Part shown: piece after piece, positions 28,919 to 37,954 of the stretch
Layout of the letters: every line of letters starts with the position of its first letter
How positions within the stretch are numbered: the first letter of the stretch is position 1
Source: an uncultured Spirochaetaceae bacterium
Lineage (GTDB): Bacteria; Spirochaetota; Spirochaetia; DSM-27196; CAZPXH01
Direction: 5' to 3'
Assembly: GCA_964591085.1 (NCBI GenBank)
Contig: CAZPXH010000006.1
Span: 105,177 to 169,176, forward strand
Length of the DNA stretch: 64,000 nt
The notes under the pieces: generated by a model
The model's database searches: none
Told to the model about the DNA's origin: nothing
The model's input: only the letters and a program-made list of their open reading frames with translations
Made by a program: the position numbers and the translations under genes

Positions 28919-28944
28919 GTAAACCGGTTTACTAAACCGGTTTT
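28919..28944. promoter_or_regulatory. Operator-like tandem palindrome GTAAACCGGTTTAC + TAAACCGGTTTT, about 40 nt upstream of the malE-like start. Candidate LacI-family operator.
   Basis: Perfect 14-bp palindrome with a central CG, immediately followed by a second AAACCGGTTT core. LacI-family operators are CG-centred palindromes, and the cognate regulator is the last gene of this operon. Confidence 0.45.
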
Positions 28945-29042
28945 GCTCCAATTCTGAGGCGAGCTGGGCTTGTCGTCAAGCGAAAGTCTGAAAATCTACC
29001 GGTTCGGATCGGTTCCCCTTTCCTGGCCCTGCACGCTGTGGG

Positions 29043-30860
29043 TCAGGTAGCGCGCCGGGGGCACCTGGCCAGGAATTCGGGAGACGGCTCGGCGGGGTCA
29101 TCGCCAACGCGATAGCCTGCTTTCAATCCTGTGATCACCCAGGTCCGCATTGCCCCGCGGTTCCTGACCTCAACGGTGCCCATGTCCTGCGCGTCAAACC
29201 AGTCGGCAACAAGCTCCATTGTTGACGGTGAGACCAGGACTGCATTCACGGGACCCAGGCTCTCCATCCGGCTTGCCACGTTGACCGTATCTCCCCAGAC
29301 GTCAAAGGCATAGCGGTCCTTTCCGATTACGCCCGCAACAAGCCGCCCGGAGTTCACGCCAATCCGTGCACCCCAACCCCGCTTGGCGTTCCTGCGCACA
29401 AGTCGGGATATCTGCAGCGCGGCCATGACGGTTTCCACGGCGTGCCTTGGCCGGGGATCAGGCACTCCGCCAACTGCCATAAAGGCGTCCCCTATCGTCT
29501 TCAGCTTCTCCACGTGCCAGCAGCGTACTATATCTTCAAAGCCTCCAAACCAGTAGTCCAGCTCATCTACCAGCGCTTCCGGGCTGGTCTGTCGGGCAAT
29601 GGCGGTAAAGCCGACGAAATCGGTGAACAGAACGCTTGCAGACTCCACCACCACCGGCGGCGAGGAGCCCCGATCCTTCAGGTCCTCGGCAACCCGGAGC
29701 GGCAGAATGGCGCGGAGCACCGCGTCCGTCTTTTCCTTCTCCGCCTGAATCTGGGCATTCTTCTCGCGGACTATGCGCGCCTCGTCCTCACTCCTTTGAA
29801 TGGCTATGCGGATCTCCGCGTTGCGCAGGTTGGTGGCTGCCTCGCTGTCCATGATGCGGGACTCCAGCTCGTGGTACCGGCGGTAGTACTCCAGCGCTTC
29901 GCCGTAGCGCTCGGTGTCCTCGGCAATGCTTGAGAGCAGGTGATAGATATCGGCGCTTACCGGTAGCTGGGAGTCCTCTTGAATGGTGGAGAGAGCCTCT
30001 GTCAGCAGGACAAGCGCGTCCTCCGGATTCCCCAGCTGCCGCTGCAGGCGCGCCTGCTCCAGCCGTATCCGGGCGAAGTAGAATCCCTCCGTACCGATTG
30101 CTTGCTCCGCGCGGCACAGGTAATCGGCAGCTTCCTCGGTCCGGCCGAGTTCTCGCTCGGTGATTCCCATACCCAGAAGGGGTCCTGCCTCTACAAAGGC
30201 TGATCCGGAGATCGCACCGCACTCCAAAGACTGGCGGTAGTAGTCCAGTGCTGTTTCCGGTTGCTTCAAATCCTCACGGTAGAGGTCACCGAGAATCTGA
30301 TTGAGCCGCGCGCGCCCAAACGGGTAGTCCAGTTGGTAAAAGCGCCGGAGTGACTCCTTCCAGGCCTCTTCCGCACGAACGGCATCTCCGGTTGCCTGGT
30401 AGATCATTCCTACGTTGTGGTAGCTCCACGCTACGCCCCGCTGGTCCCCGCATTGCTGAAACAGTTCCCGGCTCTCGTGCGAAAGGTCAAAGGCGCGGTC
30501 AAAGCTGGAGAGCATGTGGTGGGCAAAGCTCTGCACGTCTTTGATGGTGGCCAGCGTGTGGGTATCTCCGGACTCCGTGGCCAGGCGCTCCGCGGTGTCC
30601 AGTTCCGCAACCGCGGCCTCCGGCATGGCGTCCAGCACCGCAACATAGCCGAGCGTCCGGTGGGCCCGAGCCTGTTCCTGGACCAGGCCAAGCTCGGCGC
30701 TGGTCAGCGCAAGCTCATTTGCGAGCTTCCGGGCGCCCGGCATGTCCTGTGCGGCCGTCTCCCAGGCCTCCTCGTTGGCTCTGTGGATGAACTCAGGACT
30801 CCGGCGGTCCTCTGCAACGAGGGGTCCGGTACCAGACTCGCGTGCTGTTGGCTCGCTCAT
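29043..30860 (-). CDS. TPR-repeat / class III adenylate (guanylate) cyclase
   Basis: N-terminal TPR-like helical repeats. The C-terminal CYC domain has the FTDFVGFT...GDAFMAVGG...GVNSGRLVAGVIG motifs. Confidence 0.8.
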   Translation of the reverse strand: MSEPTARESGTGPLVAEDRRSPEFIHRANEEAWETAAQDMPGARKLANELALTSAELGLVQEQARAHRTLGYVAVLDAMPEAAVAELDTAERLATESGDTHTLATIKDVQSFAHHMLSSFDRAFDLSHESRELFQQCGDQRGVAWSYHNVGMIYQATGDAVRAEEAWKESLRRFYQLDYPFGRARLNQILGDLYREDLKQPETALDYYRQSLECGAISGSAFVEAGPLLGMGITERELGRTEEAADYLCRAEQAIGTEGFYFARIRLEQARLQRQLGNPEDALVLLTEALSTIQEDSQLPVSADIYHLLSSIAEDTERYGEALEYYRRYHELESRIMDSEAATNLRNAEIRIAIQRSEDEARIVREKNAQIQAEKEKTDAVLRAILPLRVAEDLKDRGSSPPVVVESASVLFTDFVGFTAIARQTSPEALVDELDYWFGGFEDIVRCWHVEKLKTIGDAFMAVGGVPDPRPRHAVETVMAALQISRLVRRNAKRGWGARIGVNSGRLVAGVIGKDRYAFDVWGDTVNVASRMESLGPVNAVLVSPSTMELVADWFDAQDMGTVEVRNRGAMRTWVITGLKAGYRVGDDPAEPSPEFLARCPRRAT

Positions 30861-30992
30861 GCTCCGAACAGGATACGGTGCGGCCAGGCGCTAGAACAGG
30901 GCACGGACCCTCCGTTGGAAGTGGTCCTTGATGGAGCAATGATCCGGACCGGGAAGAACCGGCGTTCCCAGACCGCGGTTTTAGCGCCGCTT

Positions 30993-31244
30993 TCAGGGCC
31001 CCCGAAGCTGGTACTCAAGCCGACTGGTGAAGGTCCATGCAAAGCCCAGGCTGCGCTGATCCGGAACGCCTGCCGTCGCACGCAGGTCTGTGAACCAGGG
31101 GCCGGAGCCAGGTCCATCGCCAGCCTGCGCGGGCAAGTCCACAGACGCGGCAGCGTACCAGTCCACCAAATCCGCGGCGTTCGCAAGCAGCCCGGCGCAA
31201 CACGGGAAGAGCATCAGGAGCACTCCCGCTCGGCGAGCACTCAC
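30993..31244 (-). CDS. Possible small secreted protein, 83 aa
   Basis: N-terminal signal-peptide-like segment (MSARRAGVLLMLFPCCAGLLANA). Third codon position is GC-biased, consistent with coding. No homology recognised. Confidence 0.25.
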   Translation of the reverse strand: MSARRAGVLLMLFPCCAGLLANAADLVDWYAAASVDLPAQAGDGPGSGPWFTDLRATAGVPDQRSLGFAWTFTSRLEYQLRGP

Positions 31245-31394
31245 AGAACAAGGCTTTCCACGCTCAATAGCCGGGGGTCCAGGTCTGCGTTGAGGTCAAT
31301 CTCGTCCAGGAGGAACTCCGTGGCGGTATTGCGCTTGAGGCGATCCTCTATCCGCATTTGGACTGGTAGGTCCTCACAACATCGGGAACCCGAA

Positions 31395-32609
31395 TCATTC
31401 CACGCCTCCCCTCCGGCCGGAATTCGGAGCCGAGCCGGACTCCGGATCCACGGCAGGATCAGCGCTGGCATCTCCGGATCCTGTGTCCGGTGCGCCCGAC
31501 TGGTTCCCGCCGCCGCCGTGGCTCTGCGGTCCAGCCCCGGCTATTCGATCCAGGCGCTGGGTGTTCTGCAGACCAAGCACTGCGCCCAGGTTCATGGAGT
31601 TCAGAGCGTCGGCGGGCATCAGGACCATGCCACCGTGCACCCGGGTACTTTCGTAGACCATGTTCATGGCGCGCAGCTGCAGTGCCTCGGGATTGTCCCG
31701 ATACTGCTCTGCCGCCTTCCGGAAGGTTTCGGCAACCTCCAGCTCCGCAGAGCCAAGGATCACCCGCGCCTGCCGCTCGCGCTCCGCCTGAGCGCGCTTG
31801 CTCAGCACGTCTTCCAGCTCCGGGGGCACCAGAATTTCGGTGAACCCAACGTTGAGCACGGTGATGCCCCAGTCGTTGGTACGATCGTCCAGCACCTGCT
31901 GGATCTGATCCCCAATCCGGTCCCGTTCGCTCAGCAGTGTCGCAAGCTCGCTCCGGCCGATCGCGTCCCGAAGTGCCGTCTGGGCACCGAGGGTCACGGC
32001 CTGCAGGTAGTCCTCCACCTCTAGCACCGCCTTTCCGGCATCCCACACCATCCAGAACGCAAGGGCATCCACACGTACCGGCACGGTATCGCTGGTCAGC
32101 GAGCGTTCAGCGGTAAAGTCGGTGACCCTTATCCGTGTATCCACAAAACTCTCAACCGCATCCAGAAATGGCAGGAGAAAGAAGGTTCCGGGCCCGGCAG
32201 CGTTTCGGAAACGCCCGAGTCTGAGCACAACGGCACGTTCCCAGTTGCGCGCCACCTGAACCGAGGGCGCAAGCAGCAAACCGAGGCCTCCAAGCGTGCC
32301 GCCAAGCAGGGGCAGGGATTCGGCGAATGACGCCAACCCGGCCCAGAGGACCAGCAGTGAGGCACCAAGGATTGCCCAGCGAGGGATGGTGGCGGAGATA
32401 AGCGCCGCTGTCAGTACCGCCCCAACCAGGACCGCCGCATCAAGGGACTCCGGCTCCAGGCCGGCGCTCACTTCCAGGGCAAGGCCCACCGCGGCGAACG
32501 TAAACAGAACCAGCACCGAGAGGATGGAGTAGCGATAGTTTCCGGTGTGCGCTCGGACGCTCAGATTTCGAATTCGCTGATTGAACTGCTGGACTCTGTC
32601 ACTCACCAC
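31395..32609 (-). CDS. SPFH/band-7 (stomatin/prohibitin-like) membrane protein
   Basis: N-terminal TM segments, then an SPFH core (VTDFTAE...VRVDALAFWMV) and a coiled-coil region. Gly-rich acidic C-terminal tail. Confidence 0.75.
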   Translation of the reverse strand: MVSDRVQQFNQRIRNLSVRAHTGNYRYSILSVLVLFTFAAVGLALEVSAGLEPESLDAAVLVGAVLTAALISATIPRWAILGASLLVLWAGLASFAESLPLLGGTLGGLGLLLAPSVQVARNWERAVVLRLGRFRNAAGPGTFFLLPFLDAVESFVDTRIRVTDFTAERSLTSDTVPVRVDALAFWMVWDAGKAVLEVEDYLQAVTLGAQTALRDAIGRSELATLLSERDRIGDQIQQVLDDRTNDWGITVLNVGFTEILVPPELEDVLSKRAQAERERQARVILGSAELEVAETFRKAAEQYRDNPEALQLRAMNMVYESTRVHGGMVLMPADALNSMNLGAVLGLQNTQRLDRIAGAGPQSHGGGGNQSGAPDTGSGDASADPAVDPESGSAPNSGRRGGVE

Positions 32610-33006
32610 GTCCTCCGTTTATGCTTGCCTGCAGGTACTCAATAAGGTCCGCTGCGGTGAAGCCGTAGGCGCTCGCCTGGCCCAGGAAACCGGTAACAAG
32701 GTTGGCGAGGACCTGCTCTCGTTCAACCTCGCTCAGTTCCACGCGATGATCGCTGATGTAGGTACCACTGCCTTGCTGTGTGGTAACCAGACCACGGATT
32801 TCCAGTTCGTTGTAGGCGCGAACCACCGTGTTGGGGTTAACGCTGAGCTCCACGGCGAGTCCTCGCACGGTTGGCAGTTGTACTCCTGCCTTCAGCCGGC
32901 CGTCCGCCATGGCCATCTCCACCTGAAGGATGATCTGTTTGTAGAAGGGCACGCCCGTACCGGGATCAACGATGATGCGAAAGTCGTTGCTTGCGGCAGC
33001 TGCCAA
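32599..33006 (-). CDS. GntR-family (YtrA-like, short) transcriptional regulator
   Basis: Winged-HTH (LPTVRGLAVELSVNPNTVVRAYNELEIRGLV) and a short C-terminal dimerisation region, 135 aa. Overlaps the SPFH gene start by 11 nt. Confidence 0.75.
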   Translation of the reverse strand: MAAAASNDFRIIVDPGTGVPFYKQIILQVEMAMADGRLKAGVQLPTVRGLAVELSVNPNTVVRAYNELEIRGLVTTQQGSGTYISDHRVELSEVEREQVLANLVTGFLGQASAYGFTAADLIEYLQASINGGRGE

Positions 33007-33137
33007 CGGAGCCTCCAGTCAATGTACTATATAACCAAAACAAAAACTGCCTGCAAGGTCCTCCACATGGCAGTTCTGCACCAAGGTACCGGGCCCTGCC
33101 GCTGGCGCGCTGCGCGATTGGGCAGTACCGTAGACAC

Positions 33138-34244
33138 ATGCGAACGCCGGTCATTCACATCGTGGTAGCGGTGCTGCTGGACATCGTTGCCGTCCTTCTG
33201 GTTCTGAGCAGCCTGGGAACAGTAGTATCCACAGCGGAAGCCGCCGCCGCGGGGCTGCCTACCCTTCCCCCTATTGCCACCGTGCTCCCAGCCGTGGGGC
33301 TGGCGGCGTTGTTCATCTATCTGTCTGTCGGCCTTTATTCCGCCAACGACTGGGCACGGAGAGTTGCGGCCGGTCAGGCGTGGACGGCAGTGGGGGGTGC
33401 TGTGATCGGAGCGTTCGGCCTGGTGTTTGTGGGCGGAACCGCCGCCCGCTTTGCCACGGCGTTCACTCCAGTTGTACCCGTGGGGCTCGGAATCGGGATT
33501 GGCGCGGCAGTGACGCTGGTGGTCTTTGGCGGAATTCCCTTGTACATCGCGCTCCGGCTGAATCGTCCGGACATGCAGGAGCTGACGGCAGACAATCCCG
33601 GACAGCTTTCCGGCCTCGCAGGCATTCCCATCCCGGCGGCAATCCTCTTCTATCTTTCCTCGCTGGGTGGGATCGGATCCCTGCTGCAGATCCCCGGAGC
33701 TCTGGCACTGCCGCGGCTGGCTTCACAGTTTGCCGCGCTGGATCCAGGCAGGACCCTGGGCGATCTTGCCACGGGCGGTCTTGATCCGGAGTCGCTCGGA
33801 TCCCTGGAGAGCCTCGCCGAGCTTCCCGTGCAGTTCAATCCCTTTGAGTTCATTCCGGCTGCGCTGCCGGTCGTGGTACTCCTTGCGTTTGGTGTGGGAC
33901 TGCTCGCTTCCGCCTATCTGATTCTCCGGAACAAGAAGGCCGGTGTCTGGACCTTTGCGGGAATTCAGATTGCCGGTGCGGTCATGATCCTGGCCGTGTT
34001 CGGGTTCGCCAGAAGCATGCTCGCCGCATTGACCTCTGCACTGGCCGCTGCCGGGGTGGAGCTCCTCCCGAACGGTCCGAATCTGGCGCAGGTCAGCGAG
34101 TTTGGCAACGCCTTGACCCGGAGCTTCCTGTTTGCAGGACTCGTCGCGCTTGGCTTGCTTGGAGCGGTTGTTGTCCTGGCGCTCCGGAGCGGCTTCGGTC
34201 AGAGCCGGGAAGCCGGGAGCGCAGGTCAGTCGCGGGAGACCTGA
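33138..34244 (+). CDS. Polytopic membrane protein, uncharacterised
   Basis: About 368 aa from the internal ATG 33138; multiple Gly/Ala-rich TM helices. Divergent from the GntR gene. Confidence 0.5.
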   Translation: MRTPVIHIVVAVLLDIVAVLLVLSSLGTVVSTAEAAAAGLPTLPPIATVLPAVGLAALFIYLSVGLYSANDWARRVAAGQAWTAVGGAVIGAFGLVFVGGTAARFATAFTPVVPVGLGIGIGAAVTLVVFGGIPLYIALRLNRPDMQELTADNPGQLSGLAGIPIPAAILFYLSSLGGIGSLLQIPGALALPRLASQFAALDPGRTLGDLATGGLDPESLGSLESLAELPVQFNPFEFIPAALPVVVLLAFGVGLLASAYLILRNKKAGVWTFAGIQIAGAVMILAVFGFARSMLAALTSALAAAGVELLPNGPNLAQVSEFGNALTRSFLFAGLVALGLLGAVVVLALRSGFGQSREAGSAGQSRET

Positions 34245-34753
34245 TTCAGACCAAAGCCGAGAACCAGTTTCACGGGGAACGCATACCCGAACCAGGCCCA
34301 GCCCGGCGGCTGCGGCACCCAGGTTGCGTAGAACGCAACGCTCAGGGCAACCCACGCCGCGGCAAAGGTGACGGCTCGCCGTCTGCCGAACTCGCTGACA
34401 AGCCCTGCGCCGATGACCGCGCTCAGCCAGGTCCACAGGAAGAACCAGAGTCCGGCTCCCCCAACAAGGAGGATGAGCAGGGGCTGAACTACGTGCACGG
34501 CAAGAAAGACGGCACGCCATCGGGGGCGTTCAGCATACCAACGGCTGGTTGACTCCGTGTGACTTGCCACGATGCCGCCGAACACATCCGCGGCAAGCGA
34601 AAAAACCAGTATTTGTTGAACCAGACTGAAGCGTGCGCTGACGAACGGCGACCCGATGGTCAGCAGCAACCCGGCAGACAGGGAGACAAGAGCGGCGAGC
34701 AGGAGGTCAGCGGTCCGGGGGGAATCGCCAACGAGGGGAGCCAGCGCTTTCAC
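34226..34753 (-). CDS. Small membrane protein, 175 aa, 4-5 TM
   Basis: Hydrophobic profile. Lies 13 nt downstream of the lipase-like paralog and is co-oriented with it. Confidence 0.45.
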   Translation of the reverse strand: MKALAPLVGDSPRTADLLLAALVSLSAGLLLTIGSPFVSARFSLVQQILVFSLAADVFGGIVASHTESTSRWYAERPRWRAVFLAVHVVQPLLILLVGGAGLWFFLWTWLSAVIGAGLVSEFGRRRAVTFAAAWVALSVAFYATWVPQPPGWAWFGYAFPVKLVLGFGLNQVSRD

Positions 34754-34766
34754 GGCCCAAGCCTAC

Positions 34767-36023
34767 CTACCCGCCGGCTACCGGTCCAGATTGCCGCCGG
34801 GGGTTTGCAAACATGATCCGAAGCATCCAGTCCACCGAGTCCTGGAAGCCAACGGGGCGGGTGTCCCTGTGACGCACCCCGGCAAATACCCGGTAGTCCA
34901 CTTCCGCTCCTGTCTGCCTTAGCTCGTCCACGTAGAGTGTCTGGGAGCTGGCAGTGACAATTCGGTCACCGCCTCCCTGCAGGGAAAGGACCGGTACGCC
35001 GTGGCCGGAGAGGCCCGCGGTGTTCAGCTCCAGGATCCGCCAGAGATCAGGAAAGTCCCGCTGCAGCGTTCCGCCATACAAGGCTCTGCGGAAGGCCGGA
35101 GCGTACACATCCTCCGGCTCTCGGGAATAGTGCAGCAGGAACTGATTGACGCACATCACCCGCATGTTCTGCTCAAGGGAGAGTGCGTGCTGTGAGCGGA
35201 AGATCTCTGCGGGATTGACCAGCTCACGCCCGTACATGTTCATAAAGCTGTAGAACAGGGCTGGAGCAAATCGCGGATCGTCCCGGAGGAGGCTGTCAAG
35301 GCGCGCGGAACTGGCAAAGCCAATCACCCCATCCAGCGGAATCTCAGGCGCGTAGCGTTCCCGCAAATCGGCTGCGGCAAGCGCCGCGTGACCACCCTGG
35401 GAGTAGCCGCCCACAAAGACGTGCCCGGACAGTCTGAGGCGACCGCGCGCGATACTCGGACGTGTGAAGAAGTTCTGCACCGCCCGGATTGCATCCAGCA
35501 TGAGATGACCTGCTGCCTCCAGCGAGTGATACCGCTGGGGACGCGAATCATCGTTGAAGCCAACGTAGTCCGGAAGGATGGTGACAATTCCCTGGCTGGC
35601 GTACTCCACCATGTTGGTCCGGTAGAACCCGAGCCGATCGATCAGTGGCTGCTCCAGGGAGGGTGCACACCTGTCCGGGATCCCGGTGGTTCCGGACGCG
35701 AATGCAAAGATGGGAGCATCGGTTGCAACTATGACCTGGGGCACAAAGAGCTGGGCCTTCACCGGAACGACAGCTCCGTCAAAGTCCCGGGTGAGATACC
35801 AGACTGTGTAGACCTCAACGGTGTAGCGCGGCGGGAACCGAGGGAAGCTTCCAAACAGAATGTTGCGGAACTCCCGGTTCTCTTCCGGGGTCACCACACC
35901 TTCAGAGGTGATTCCGATGATGGTTCCGGTTGCTGCCTGAGCCCATGCTCCGCTCGCTGACAGCAAGAGCAGCAGGATAAACATTAGACCGAAAACAGAA
36001 CGGCGGTTGCGGCCGTCTATCAC
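34767..36023 (-). CDS. Secreted alpha/beta-hydrolase, lipase-like (GGYSQGGH nucleophile elbow), paralog A
   Basis: Signal peptide. GYSQGG pentapeptide, as in the secretory-lipase (LIP-type) family. Clear paralogy with the upstream gene (about 35-40% identity by eye). Confidence 0.65.
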   Translation of the reverse strand: MIDGRNRRSVFGLMFILLLLLSASGAWAQAATGTIIGITSEGVVTPEENREFRNILFGSFPRFPPRYTVEVYTVWYLTRDFDGAVVPVKAQLFVPQVIVATDAPIFAFASGTTGIPDRCAPSLEQPLIDRLGFYRTNMVEYASQGIVTILPDYVGFNDDSRPQRYHSLEAAGHLMLDAIRAVQNFFTRPSIARGRLRLSGHVFVGGYSQGGHAALAAADLRERYAPEIPLDGVIGFASSARLDSLLRDDPRFAPALFYSFMNMYGRELVNPAEIFRSQHALSLEQNMRVMCVNQFLLHYSREPEDVYAPAFRRALYGGTLQRDFPDLWRILELNTAGLSGHGVPVLSLQGGGDRIVTASSQTLYVDELRQTGAEVDYRVFAGVRHRDTRPVGFQDSVDWMLRIMFANPRRQSGPVAGG

Positions 36024-37243
36024 GACTTGAGCTCCCTCTCTCGTTGTTGTATCCAGTTCAGTGCGTCAAAGAAGCCGATCTGCCTGGTATCGTGCCGGGC
36101 TCCCTGAAAGACCCTGTACGTAACATCAGAACCGCGTTCGCGCAAGGCCGTGACAAAACGGTCCTGGGTTGGCGGGTAAACCACAATGTCATTGGTGCCC
36201 TGCAGAACAATGGCGGGGACACCGTGACCGGTCAGACCCGTGCTGTTCGCGGCAAGAATACGGTGAATCTCAGGGAAGTCCTTGGCCAGACTGTCGCGCT
36301 GCAGCGCGCGGGCAAACTCCGGGGAGAACAGGTCGGGAACAGACCAGGGGTAGTAGCGCTGCAAGCCCCGGATACACTGCCGGGTAATGTCGTAGACCAT
36401 GGTCTCCGCCCATTGCGCCTGGTAGATCCGGGACAGATCAAAGATGTCCTCGCCGTAGATGGTCCCGTAGACGTGCATCAGCAACGGGGAGGCAACCATG
36501 TACTCTTCAATGACGGCGGGGACATCGGCGGCCGGCCCGAAGCCGACAATTCCGTCAATCCGGACACTCGGGGCGTAGCGCGTTCTCCAGTCCGCTGCGG
36601 CAAAGGCCGCGTGTCCGCCCTGTGAGTAACCACCGAGGTAGATGCCGCTGGGCTCGGGGCCTCCGTCCAGCTGGCTCAGGGCGGAACGCAACGCTCGCAG
36701 GCCGTCAAGCACCGCAAAGGCTTCACTCTCCGCGTGGTAATACTGCTGCAAGCGACTGGGGTCGCCAAAGCCGGGGTAGTCCGGCACAACGCCCACCAGT
36801 CCCTGCCCGGCCATAGCCAGGGTGTGCCCGCGGTAGTTGCCCCAACGGATCGGCGTTGTGTGCTCCATTGTCACGGCGCAGGCATCTACAATTCCAGTGG
36901 AACCTGGGTTGAACCAGTAGACCGGGATTTGTGCGGCCCTCGCTACCTGCGGAACCAGGAGCTGTGCCGTGTTTACAGACTCCTCGCCGTCGGCGTAGCG
37001 GCTCTCATAGGTGATGATGTAGGTCTCAACGGCAAACTTCGCCTGGGGTGCGCGGTAACCGGCAAAAAGCTCCGCAATGAAGGCGTCAACGTCTTCCGGC
37101 TCCAGGCGGATCTCAAACTCAACGCTCAGCAGATCCCCGGGAGCGGCGGAAAGGAACACGGGAGCCGAAAGCACCAGTAAAGCAAGAAGACAGATCTTAC
37201 CGTACCGGGTGCGGGTTCCTCGCAGAGATACACTATGGGACAT
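36020..37243 (-). CDS. Secreted alpha/beta-hydrolase, lipase-like, paralog B
   Basis: Signal peptide. Same GGYSQGGHAA motif and colinear similarity to paralog A. 4-nt ATGA overlap with paralog A. Confidence 0.65.
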   Translation of the reverse strand: MSHSVSLRGTRTRYGKICLLALLVLSAPVFLSAAPGDLLSVEFEIRLEPEDVDAFIAELFAGYRAPQAKFAVETYIITYESRYADGEESVNTAQLLVPQVARAAQIPVYWFNPGSTGIVDACAVTMEHTTPIRWGNYRGHTLAMAGQGLVGVVPDYPGFGDPSRLQQYYHAESEAFAVLDGLRALRSALSQLDGGPEPSGIYLGGYSQGGHAAFAAADWRTRYAPSVRIDGIVGFGPAADVPAVIEEYMVASPLLMHVYGTIYGEDIFDLSRIYQAQWAETMVYDITRQCIRGLQRYYPWSVPDLFSPEFARALQRDSLAKDFPEIHRILAANSTGLTGHGVPAIVLQGTNDIVVYPPTQDRFVTALRERGSDVTYRVFQGARHDTRQIGFFDALNWIQQRERELKS

Positions 37244-37336
37244 TGAACCTGACTCTGTGCTGCACCACCGCTACAGTCAAGCCTCATGCCCCGGCTGTTG
37301 CGCCGTCCGTGCCCGACAACCGATACTCCCCGCGCT

Positions 37337-37954
37337 ATGCGAGCGCTCCTGCGAGTTCTTGTGCTCCTGTTGCTCACCGCGGCCCTGCTCCCGGCAGGAG
37401 ACGGTCTGTACGGTCCGCCGGATACCGAGAGTGCGCAGGTCCGCGTGTTCAACGCTGGCACCGAACGCAATTTTGGGGATATTGGACCGCTCCGAATCGG
37501 TCCGCTTGGCCCCGGCGAACTCAGCCCCTACTTCCAGCTGGGAAGCGGAGTCTACATCGCAGCGTCTCCCCGCGGGACTGTCACCCTGGTTGCGGGCGAA
37601 GGCAGCTACAGCACTGTGGTGATCCGGGATGGCGGGCTTTCGCTGTTCACGGACGAGCGGCTGACCGATCCCGGGCGTGCCCAAATCGCCTTCTACAACC
37701 TGAGTGAGCGCGACGATCTAAGCCTGCGGACCGCAGACGGAGCGCAGCCGATCATTCAGGGACTCGCGCCTGGCGAAAGCTCCGCTGTGGTGGTTAATCC
37801 AGTTTCCGTGGAGCTCGGGGTGTTTGCGGGCAACACCCGGGTAGCCAGCGTCGGCAATCCGGGACTCGCACGGGGAGAGTCTGTCAGCATCATCAGCTAC
37901 GGGCCCGGAGGTCGGGGCCTGCTGGTGCAGCGCGCCACCGTTCACCAGAACTAG
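37337..37954 (+). CDS. Secreted protein, first gene of the O-acetylation cassette (AlgF-like role is possible)
   Basis: Signal peptide (MRALLRVLVLLLLTAALLPA). About 205 aa periplasmic protein directly followed by the MBOAT gene, with stop and GTG start adjacent. Confidence 0.45.
   Translation: MRALLRVLVLLLLTAALLPAGDGLYGPPDTESAQVRVFNAGTERNFGDIGPLRIGPLGPGELSPYFQLGSGVYIAASPRGTVTLVAGEGSYSTVVIRDGGLSLFTDERLTDPGRAQIAFYNLSERDDLSLRTADGAQPIIQGLAPGESSAVVVNPVSVELGVFAGNTRVASVGNPGLARGESVSIISYGPGGRGLLVQRATVHQN

Noticed and set aside
29043-30860. Adenylate cyclase considered as a possible CBASS/defence cyclase
   Set aside because: It is a class III CYC-domain cyclase with TPR repeats, not a CD-NTase. No effector or Cap genes are adjacent. 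This is an ordinary signalling enzyme.
30417-32024. 535-aa plus-strand ORF spanning the antisense of the adenylate cyclase start and the SPFH gene
   Set aside because: It crosses two well-supported minus-strand genes and an intergenic gap. The composition is Arg/Gly/Ser-rich with no motifs.
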